A stretch of 33,123 bases of DNA from a candidate division WWE3 bacterium UBA1397 (GTDB lineage: Bacteria > Patescibacteriota > WWE3 > UBA101185 > UBA10185): assembly GCA_002305205.1 (NCBI GenBank), contig DBQJ01000009.1:31818-64940 (forward strand), in the 5' to 3' direction. The notes below the pieces were generated by a model, which was given only the letters and a program-made list of their open reading frames with translations, made no database searches and had not been told where the DNA came from. How positions within the stretch are numbered: the stretch's first letter is position 1; each line of letters begins with the position of its first letter. The position numbers were made by a program, and so were the translations under genes. Below, piece by piece: positions 25,728 through 33,123 of this stretch.

Positions 25728-27074
25728 TCAGGGATTAAAACCTCTTGTAGTATCCACTTCATAAAATTTTGTGAATTCAGTTTTAAAGAATAAATCAATA
25801 TCTCCTGTAGGACCGTTTCTGTGTTTAGCAATATTTAATTTTGCACTTTGTCTGTCATCATCATTAGGCCTCCATAAAAACATAACAACATCTGCATCCT
25901 GTTCTATTGATCCTGAATCTCTCAAATCTGAAAGCTGAGGTTTCTTATCCCCTCCCCTCTGTTCAACCGCCCTGGACAACTGAGAAACTGCCAGTACGGG
26001 TACTTTAAGCTCTCTGGCTAAATTTTTTAAAGATTGGGATATTTTTGATACTTCCTGTACCCTGCTTTCTGCCTCAGGTGCTCTTATCAGCTGAAGATAA
26101 TCTACAATAATCAAATCAATCTTATTTTCCAGCATTAATCTTCGGGCTTTAGTTCTCATTTCTAAAACACTGATACCGGGTGTATCATCAATAAATATTG
26201 TTGCTTCGGCCAATTCCCCTGCTGCCTCTCCGTATTTTTCAAAATCCTCTTCTTCAAGGTTGCCTGTTGATATCTTCCATCCGTCAATACCTGCTTGTGC
26301 AGATATCATTCTATCCACTAACATTTCTCTTCCCATCTCTAATGAAAATATGGCTATTCCCTTTTTCTTTTCAACTGCAGCAAATTGTGCAAAATTTAAG
26401 GCTAAAGATGTTTTTCCAACTGATGGACGTGCAGCTAATATAATTAGATTTTCTTTCTGAAGTCCCGACAGCATACGATCCAATGTTTTTAAACCCGTTG
26501 GTACTCCCCTTAAAGATCCTCTATTTTTACTTAGTTCATCCAAACGCTCAAATGTAATTTCTAAAGTATCTTTTACGGGTATAAAATCCTGATAGACAAT
26601 ATTTTGAGATACTGAGTATAACAATTGCTCGGATTTGTCTAATAAGTCCTCAATATCACCCTCATCTAGTGCGATTTTTCCTATCTCAGATGATGCGGAT
26701 ATCAGTGTTCTTCGTGTTGAAGAGTCTCTTATCAGCCTGGCATATGCTTCAATGTTAGATGCTGTAGGAACTGAGTTTACCAACTCTGTAAGGTATGAAA
26801 CACCCCCAATATTTTCCAATTCCCCCATCTTTTTTAGTTCGGCAGGAACAGTTATTAAATCAGCAGGTTCTCTTTTCTCAAAAAGATTCATTATTGCCTG
26901 GAATATACTTTCATGAGCCTGTCTATAAAAATGGCGCGGTCTGAGAAACTCAACTACCTTTACTATAGAATCCTTATCTATAAGTAAAGACCCTAAAACT
27001 GACTTTTCCGCCTCTAAGTCATGAGGAGGTACATAAGCATTAATATTCATTTCAGATTTTCTTTGTCTGGGCAT
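25728..27074 (-). CDS. dnaB: Replicative DNA helicase
   Basis: PPHDLEAEKSVLG, AARPSVGKT, FSLEM, VDYLQL, SQLSRAVEQR and DLRDSGSIEQDAD. No intein at this length. Confidence 0.97.
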   Translation of the reverse strand: MPRQRKSEMNINAYVPPHDLEAEKSVLGSLLIDKDSIVKVVEFLRPRHFYRQAHESIFQAIMNLFEKREPADLITVPAELKKMGELENIGGVSYLTELVNSVPTASNIEAYARLIRDSSTRRTLISASSEIGKIALDEGDIEDLLDKSEQLLYSVSQNIVYQDFIPVKDTLEITFERLDELSKNRGSLRGVPTGLKTLDRMLSGLQKENLIILAARPSVGKTSLALNFAQFAAVEKKKGIAIFSLEMGREMLVDRMISAQAGIDGWKISTGNLEEEDFEKYGEAAGELAEATIFIDDTPGISVLEMRTKARRLMLENKIDLIIVDYLQLIRAPEAESRVQEVSKISQSLKNLARELKVPVLAVSQLSRAVEQRGGDKKPQLSDLRDSGSIEQDADVVMFLWRPNDDDRQSAKLNIAKHRNGPTGDIDLFFKTEFTKFYEVDTTRGFNP

Positions 27075-27079
27075 TTATT

Positions 27080-27730
27080 TTAGTGGGCAGGGTTTAGTAT
27101 AACAACTTGAGTATCATCCGGTACATCGGATTTACCCGATATTTTTAGTTTATCGTCTTTTTTTATATTATCCTCTACTCCCATCTCATCCAGAAATTTA
27201 TCCACACCATCAATATCTTTGATACCGGCTAAATCATTAGTTTTATAATGCATTGGTATAACATATCCCGGTTCAATTTCAGAAATTACCTCAGCGGCTG
27301 TTTCTGCATCTATAGTGTATTTCCCTCCTACAGGAACCATCAATACATCCACATCTGATATCTTTTCAAGTGTTTCTTTTGATAAACTATGGCCTAAATC
27401 TCCTAGATGAAGAAGTGTTAGTCCATCAATATCTATAAGAAATACTGTCATTTGGCCTCTCTCTTTTCCGTCTTTATCATCATGATATACAGGAATACCG
27501 TAGATAAACACTCCCTCAGTTTCGTATTCTCCAGGGGTATCAACCAAAAGTTTATATCCCGATACACCTTCAATATAATGATGATCAAAATGATTATGTG
27601 TAGAAAGAAGAATGTCACACTCTAACTTTGGAAGTTTATATCCTATCTTGGGATCATAAGGATCGATGACTAAAGTTACATCTTTTCCTTTTATCTTAAA
27701 ACATGAATGTCCTATGTATGTTATCTCCAT
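27080..27730 (-). CDS. MBL-fold metallo-hydrolase
   Basis: MEITYIGHSCF, THNHFDH (HxHxDH), HLGDLGH, PVGG and IPMHY. Start moved from the track start at 27760 to the ATG at 27730. Confidence 0.9.
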   Translation of the reverse strand: MEITYIGHSCFKIKGKDVTLVIDPYDPKIGYKLPKLECDILLSTHNHFDHHYIEGVSGYKLLVDTPGEYETEGVFIYGIPVYHDDKDGKERGQMTVFLIDIDGLTLLHLGDLGHSLSKETLEKISDVDVLMVPVGGKYTIDAETAAEVISEIEPGYVIPMHYKTNDLAGIKDIDGVDKFLDEMGVEDNIKKDDKLKISGKSDVPDDTQVVILNPAH

Positions 27731-27815
27731 GTTCTGTATGTTAACAAAAAGATATATCAATTAGAAGAGATAATATTCATAGACCTTAAGCATCTCCTTT
27801 GATATGATCATAACT

Positions 27816-29129
27816 ATGGATAATACATCACTTCCTACGCAACCTTATAAAGGAGCCAGGGATTTCTATCCCGAAGATATGAGGATCAGAAACTATATAT
27901 TTCTGAAATGGAAAGAAGTATGCAAAAGATTCGGATATGAAGAATACGATGGTCCTTTTATCGAACCTTTTGAAATATATGCGGCTAAATCAGGGGAGGA
28001 ACTTGTTAATGAGCAAATATATTCCTTCATAGACAGAGGGGATAGAAAAGTGGCAATAAGACCGGAAATGACCCCAACTATAGCTAGAATGGTATCCCAA
28101 AGATACAGTGAACTGAATTATCCTATAAGATGGTTCTCAATACCTAATCTATGGCGTTATGAAAAACCTCAGAAAGGCAGACTTAGAGAACATTTTCAGT
28201 TAAACGTAGATATATTCGGTATAGACGGTGTGGAAGCAGATATTGAGATAATTCAGATTATTGTCAATCTTCTTAAAGAATTCGGAGCAGACAAGAACAT
28301 GTTTGAAATTAGGATGGGAAACAGAATACTCCTGGAAGATGTATTAAAGGATGCAAATATACCCTCTTCGAAGTTTAAAGATATAATGAAGGCAATAGAT
28401 AAACTAAAAAAGATATCTGTAGATGATTTTAAATATATTCTGAAAGAAAAAGCAGATCTCAAACCTAAAGAAATAGATTCTATCCTCAGTTTTCTTCAAT
28501 CATCCAATGAATATATTTTAAAAATGAAGGAAAAATCCCCGGGAGCAGAAGAAATTCTGAAAACGATGAAATTACTTAGATTGTCCGGTATAGAAAGTTA
28601 TGTTAAATACGATCCCTCTGTAGTTCGTGGATTGGATTACTACACCGGTAACGTATTTGAGTTATTCGATTTATCACCTAACAACTCAAGAGCTATGGCC
28701 GGAGGAGGAAGATACAATAACCTTGTTGAAGGATTTATCGGAAAAAGAATAAGCGGAGTTGGCTTTGGTATGGGAGACGTAACATTTAGAAATTTTCTTG
28801 AAAACTGGCATCTTCTTCCTCAAATTCCTCAGACAACTGAATTTCTCATTACCGTATGGCCTAAAGAAGATGGTACAAAATCAGACAAATATTTTAACGC
28901 ATCTTTAGAAACGGCTGATATTCTTAGAAAAAAAGGTAGAAATGTCATCCTATGGCTTGATGCAAATACAAAGATTGAAAAACAGCTTAAATTTGCTGAT
29001 AAAAAGAACATTCCGTATGCAGTAATTATCGGAGATGATGAGATCAATAATAAAAAAATTACACTTAAAGACATGAAAGAAATGAAACAGAAAAATCTCA
29101 GTATAAGTGAATTTATTAACATTATTTAG
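27816..29129 (+). CDS. hisS: Histidine--tRNA ligase
   Basis: KGARDFYP, RPEMTP, WRYEKPQKGRLREHFQ, RGLDYYTG, GGGRY and the anticodon-binding domain. The start is likely the ATG at 27816 (track start 27804). Confidence 0.97.
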   Translation: MDNTSLPTQPYKGARDFYPEDMRIRNYIFLKWKEVCKRFGYEEYDGPFIEPFEIYAAKSGEELVNEQIYSFIDRGDRKVAIRPEMTPTIARMVSQRYSELNYPIRWFSIPNLWRYEKPQKGRLREHFQLNVDIFGIDGVEADIEIIQIIVNLLKEFGADKNMFEIRMGNRILLEDVLKDANIPSSKFKDIMKAIDKLKKISVDDFKYILKEKADLKPKEIDSILSFLQSSNEYILKMKEKSPGAEEILKTMKLLRLSGIESYVKYDPSVVRGLDYYTGNVFELFDLSPNNSRAMAGGGRYNNLVEGFIGKRISGVGFGMGDVTFRNFLENWHLLPQIPQTTEFLITVWPKEDGTKSDKYFNASLETADILRKKGRNVILWLDANTKIEKQLKFADKKNIPYAVIIGDDEINNKKITLKDMKEMKQKNLSISEFINII

Positions 29130-29158
29130 TTCCCATGTAGCAATATTACTTACTGCCG

Positions 29159-30175
29159 ATGAAAAGAAAAAAGCTACTTCAGAACAATCTTGCCGCACCA
29201 GCTGCTTTTCTCTTTGTAAATCTCATCTGGGGAGCGGCAAATCCCATTATTAAATACACCCTAGAATACATACCTCCTTTCACTTTCTTATTCCTAAGAT
29301 TACTAATAGTCTGTATTATACTTCTACCCTACGTATCTGCGCTTCTTCTTAAAAATAATATAAATAAAAAAGACTATCCTAATTTTATTCTGCTGGGGTT
29401 GTTATCCCAAAGCTCTATAGCAATAATATTTTTAGCACTTAAATACACTACTTCAATGGACGCAACAATCATCAGTATTATCGGAGGGGCAATGATTATC
29501 TATCTGGGACACAAATTGTATGGGGAGAAAATGAATAACTTTATTAAATACGGGGTATTTATAACCATAGCAGGAACATTGCTTACTGTTTTTGAACCTT
29601 TGGTCGGCAATAACCACAATAGTATCCCTACACATTACAGAGTAGCGGGAAATGCATTAGCAGTGATATATAACTTAACCTGGGTGGTATATGTGATCTG
29701 GTCCAAAATGAACTCTAATCCGGAAAAATTTAAAGGGGGTGTTAAGGTTATCCTCACCAAGTTTAAAATAAAACCGATGACTAAAAATTACCCTCCCTCT
29801 CTTATAGCTGTACTGAGCATGTATGTGGGATTATTTACAACCATACCCCTGGCTGTATTGGAAAACCTTGGTATCTTTGAAGCTAATACTTTTCTGATGA
29901 ACCAAATAGATATTCATGGAATACTTGGTTTACTGTATATGTCTCTATTCTCATCAATAGTAGCTTTTATACTATATCAATGGGCTTTAGATAAAGGAAG
30001 GGTATCGGAATCAGCGATATTTGGTTATTTAGGACCTGTTTTTTCATTTCCCATAGCCCATCTTCTACTGGGAGAGGTGCCGACTACATCTCTGATTATT
30101 AGTGCGGTTATAGTCGTTATTGGTGTAATTATTGCTGAAACGGGACAGCAGATAGTAAGCCGAAAACATACGTAG
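29159..30175 (+). CDS. EamA/DMT family transporter
   Basis: IWGAAN, PPFTFLFLRL, two EamA repeats, about 10 TMs, and LLGE near the C-terminus. Confidence 0.9.
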   Translation: MKRKKLLQNNLAAPAAFLFVNLIWGAANPIIKYTLEYIPPFTFLFLRLLIVCIILLPYVSALLLKNNINKKDYPNFILLGLLSQSSIAIIFLALKYTTSMDATIISIIGGAMIIYLGHKLYGEKMNNFIKYGVFITIAGTLLTVFEPLVGNNHNSIPTHYRVAGNALAVIYNLTWVVYVIWSKMNSNPEKFKGGVKVILTKFKIKPMTKNYPPSLIAVLSMYVGLFTTIPLAVLENLGIFEANTFLMNQIDIHGILGLLYMSLFSSIVAFILYQWALDKGRVSESAIFGYLGPVFSFPIAHLLLGEVPTTSLIISAVIVVIGVIIAETGQQIVSRKHT

Positions 30176-30185
30176 TTTTATACTG

Positions 30186-30215
30186 TTGAATACATCTGCC
30201 ATTATCTGATATACT
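30186..30215 (+). promoter_or_regulatory. Promoter of rpmE-prfA
   Basis: TTGAAT, 18 bp, TATACT with an extended TG; 10 nt to the ATG. Confidence 0.6.
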
Positions 30216-30225
30216 CCTTGTCGCT

Positions 30226-30555
30226 ATGAAAAAGGATATACATCCAAAATTATATAAAGAGTGCGTTGTTACCTGTGCCTGCGGTAATACTTTTACTACC
30301 ATATCTGCCCTACCTTCTATATCGGTTGAAATATGCAGTGCATGCCACCCTTTTTATACAGGACAAAGAAGATTTGTAGATACGGAAAGAAGAATAGATA
30401 AATTTACCAAGAAAGCTAAAATTGCTGAAGAAAAGAAAAAATCTACTGAAGAACATAGAAAAAACAAGGAATCAAAGAAAGTTTCTTCAAAAACACCAAG
30501 AAAAGAACAGACAGTCAAAGAAATGCTTGATAAGATTAAATCGGAAGAAAATTAG
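30226..30555 (+). CDS. rpmE: 50S ribosomal protein L31 (zinc-binding type, with C-terminal extension)
   Basis: [22 protein letters not shown], and a Lys/Glu-rich tail. Confidence 0.96.
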   Translation: MKKDIHPKLYKECVVTCACGNTFTTISALPSISVEICSACHPFYTGQRRFVDTERRIDKFTKKAKIAEEKKKSTEEHRKNKESKKVSSKTPRKEQTVKEMLDKIKSEEN

Positions 30556-30570
30556 ATAATAATCCCTTCT

Positions 30571-31587
30571 ATGACTATAGATAATAAATACTTACTGGAA
30601 GAGATATCCCGTATTGATAGAAGCATTGAAGACAATGTATTAGCGTTAGGAAAAGAATCAGACAAGGAGATTACAAAATTAATCAGTGAGGAAATTGATA
30701 ATCTCCAAAAACAAAAAACTCAGCTCATGGAAACTTTAAATTCTATGGATAATGACAAATACCCTGTGATAGATAATTCTTCGGGAAGTAATAAAAATCC
30801 GGATAATAATATTGACCCCAATACTGCCAATCTTGAAATTAGAGCGGGTACAGGAGGGGATGAAGCTGGACTTTTTGCTTCCGATCTTTACAGAATGTAT
30901 TACAGATTCGGTGAGAAGAATAATTGGAAATTCATTGAAATTTTTAGATCTGAAAATTCCGCAGGTGGGTTAAAAACCATATCAGCGGAAATAAAGGGTA
31001 ATAATGTGTTCAATATGCTCAAATATGAATCAGGTGTGCACCGCGTGCAGAGGGTTCCTGCCACAGAATCGGGGGGCAGAATACATACTTCAACAGCTAC
31101 GGTAGCTGTTTTACCAAGATTAAAAAAAATAAATCTGGAAATAAAACAATCTGATTTACAATGGGATTTCTTCCGTTCAGGAGGAAAGGGAGGACAAAAT
31201 GTTAATAAGGTATCTACTGCAGTCAGATTAACACATATTCCTACGGGAGTGGTTGTAGAATGCCAGGAGGAGAGATTTCAGGGTAAGAATAGAGAAAAAG
31301 CCCTAGAGATATTAAATTCCCGTCTTTATACCATGATGCAGGAACAGGAAGTCAAAAATATCAGTGAATTAAGATCCACACAGGTAGGAAGCGGTGAAAG
31401 AAACGAAAAGATAAGAACATATAATTTTCCTCAAAGCCGTGTCACAGACCACAGAATTAACAAATCCTGGCATGGTATTAATATGATTATGGAGGGAGAT
31501 ATAGGTAAAATACTTAACGAATGCAATTCCGGTATAAAGGAAAATAATTCAGTTATTGAGAATTCTGGGGGGATTCCCCAAGAGTAA
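30571..31587 (+). CDS. prfA: Peptide chain release factor 1
   Basis: EIRAGTGGDEA, ESGVHRVQRVPATE (PxT specifies RF1), GGQ and IRTYNFPQSRVTDHRI. Confidence 0.95.
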   Translation: MTIDNKYLLEEISRIDRSIEDNVLALGKESDKEITKLISEEIDNLQKQKTQLMETLNSMDNDKYPVIDNSSGSNKNPDNNIDPNTANLEIRAGTGGDEAGLFASDLYRMYYRFGEKNNWKFIEIFRSENSAGGLKTISAEIKGNNVFNMLKYESGVHRVQRVPATESGGRIHTSTATVAVLPRLKKINLEIKQSDLQWDFFRSGGKGGQNVNKVSTAVRLTHIPTGVVVECQEERFQGKNREKALEILNSRLYTMMQEQEVKNISELRSTQVGSGERNEKIRTYNFPQSRVTDHRINKSWHGINMIMEGDIGKILNECNSGIKENNSVIENSGGIPQE

Positions 31588-32731
31588 CTGTTATTGAAAT
31601 ATCTTTACCATCTCTGTCAACTATAAGGTCTATTTTATCCCCTACTTTGCTTGCAGATATATATTTTGATAGTGTGTTTTTGCCTGTTAGTTCTTTATCA
31701 TTGTATTTTTTAATAATATCTCCCCTTGATAAACCTGCTTTATCAGCAGGGGATTCCGATATTACACCCGCTATATAAGCACCCTCCGGAAGGTTATTCA
31801 ATACAGACATCTCCTTAGTTATCATTTGATAGGATACACCTATGTAAGGTTTAACGATCCTTCCCTCTTTTCTAAATCCTTCAAGAATAGGTTTTAATGT
31901 ATTTACTGGTATGGCAAAACTAATATTGTCTGCGTTGTATGTAGTAGCCACATTCACACCCACTACTTGTCCTGCTATATTTAACAAAGGTCCTCCTGAA
32001 TTACCCGGATTAAGTGCTGCATCCGTCTGAATTACATCCTCATATGTATTTACATCTCCAAAACCTCCCGATGCTTGAAGTTCTCTGGCTATGCCTGAAA
32101 TTACTCCTACCGTAACCGTATTTGAAAACTGACCCAATGCGTTGCCTATTGCTATTGCTTTCTGTCCAACTTTTATATCATTAGAATCTCCCAGTTCAAC
32201 AACAGGCAAACCTCTGGCTGAAATCTCAAGTATTGCTAAATCAGAATTTTCGTCTAAATGTATTTTATCTACTTTAAAGTTTCTTCCGTCTTTTAATACA
32301 ATCGAATACTCACCGTTAGGATTATCTACAACATGACTATTTGTGACAATAATACCCTTTGAATCAACTATAAATCCCGTACCAATACCACCTTCGTAAG
32401 TTGATAATCCGGAAAAGAAATCAAAATCAGTAGTTTTAACTACTATGGACACTACAGCAGGGGATACTTTCTCCACTACATCTATTACCGCAGACTCTTC
32501 TTGAACAACCTGCTGTTTTGTAACAACCTTCTCTTCTTCCTCTAACTTTTCTGAAAAAAGAAAATCTTTAATATAACCGGACAACTTTGTTCCTTTTCCA
32601 TCTATTCCTCCTGTATATTCATCTTTTAGATTACTCTTTCTATTGTTTGAAAATGAATAAAGAACAAATATTATGGATAGAAATACTGCAACCCACACTA
32701 CTCCGGCTATGATTTTTAATTTGCCTCTCAT
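31553..32731 (-). CDS. htrA: HtrA/DegP-like serine protease with one PDZ domain
   Basis: N-terminal TM, TNSHVV, DLAIL, IQTDAALNPGNSGGPL and a C-terminal PDZ. Confidence 0.93.
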   Translation of the reverse strand: MRGKLKIIAGVVWVAVFLSIIFVLYSFSNNRKSNLKDEYTGGIDGKGTKLSGYIKDFLFSEKLEEEEKVVTKQQVVQEESAVIDVVEKVSPAVVSIVVKTTDFDFFSGLSTYEGGIGTGFIVDSKGIIVTNSHVVDNPNGEYSIVLKDGRNFKVDKIHLDENSDLAILEISARGLPVVELGDSNDIKVGQKAIAIGNALGQFSNTVTVGVISGIARELQASGGFGDVNTYEDVIQTDAALNPGNSGGPLLNIAGQVVGVNVATTYNADNISFAIPVNTLKPILEGFRKEGRIVKPYIGVSYQMITKEMSVLNNLPEGAYIAGVISESPADKAGLSRGDIIKKYNDKELTGKNTLSKYISASKVGDKIDLIVDRDGKDISITVTLGESPQNSQ

Positions 32732-32753
32732 AGGATTATGATTTTAAAACATA

Positions 32754-33123
32754 TCAGAACTCTTTTGCAAGTTCCAATGCTTTTTCAAGTTGGGGATCGG
32801 CGCCGTCTTTTGTATTTTCTTCAGTAAGTTCTACTTTCTCATCGGGAGATAGTCCAATCTTATGAATCCATTCTTTTTTGGGAGTAAGCCACTTAGCCAC
32901 AGTTATATGAACACCCGCACCATCCGAAAACTCTTTAGCGTCTTGTATTGTTCCTTTGCCAAAAGAATTCATTCCAATTAGTTTAGCGCCGATGTTATCT
33001 CTAAGAGCTGCAGCAAGTATTTCGGATGCAGAAGCACTTCCCTGATCAATTAATACAAATACTGCAGGCACTTTTTGAAATATTCCTAATCTTGATGTTT
33101 CACGCGGGGTTTGATCACCCATT
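32754..33123 (-). CDS. S41 family C-terminal processing peptidase, C-terminal part; starts outside the window
   Basis: VLIDQGSASASEI, SFGKGTIQ, TVAKWLTP and DPQLEKA. Confidence 0.9.
   Translation of the reverse strand, partial: MGDQTPRETSRLGIFQKVPAVFVLIDQGSASASEILAAALRDNIGAKLIGMNSFGKGTIQDAKEFSDGAGVHITVAKWLTPKKEWIHKIGLSPDEKVELTEENTKDGADPQLEKALELAKEF

Noticed and set aside
27198..27206. Second TTATCCACA, upstream of dnaB
   Set aside because: It lies inside the MBL coding sequence (the VDK codons) and is single, so it is compatible with chance.
1334..32336. Numerous 60-120 aa antisense or alternate-frame ORFs in the track
   Set aside because: All are nested in well-supported genes and show no recognisable motifs or expression signals.

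Overview
AT-rich, gene-dense chromosomal segment of a bacterium using genetic code 11 (TGA ends ORFs at 13566 and 25728). The gene repertoire points to Patescibacteria/CPR, possibly WWE3/Microgenomates-like (inference). Left to right it holds: a type IV pilus operon (pilB-pilT-pilC-pilin-pilD, minus strand); holB-like, gyrB, a DHH pyrophosphatase, gyrA, rnhB and an FAD oxidoreductase (plus strand); a small orphan gene and an intact Xer tyrosine recombinase; an ~880-bp non-coding region; then mostly minus-strand housekeeping genes (ruvC, yebC, VirD4/HerA-like ATPase, LytR_C protein, rluA, lspA, an Lgt-DksA fusion, efp, tRNA-Leu, dnaB), followed by hisS, EamA, rpmE, prfA, htrA and an S41 peptidase. 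The main finding is that the non-coding region looks like the replication terminus. It contains a near-symmetric 11-6-11 dif/loxP-like site (15399-15426), whose left arm recurs exactly over the -10 box of the neighbouring xer gene, plus an array of three degenerate arm repeats. GGGNAGGG (KOPS-type) octamers and local G/C skew invert across the site. Together these suggest a single-recombinase, possibly autoregulated dimer-resolution system. Secondary findings are widespread leaderless-type promoters, a membrane-anchored DksA/TraR fusion with an internal start, and QRDR substitutions in gyrase. All motif scans were done by eye.
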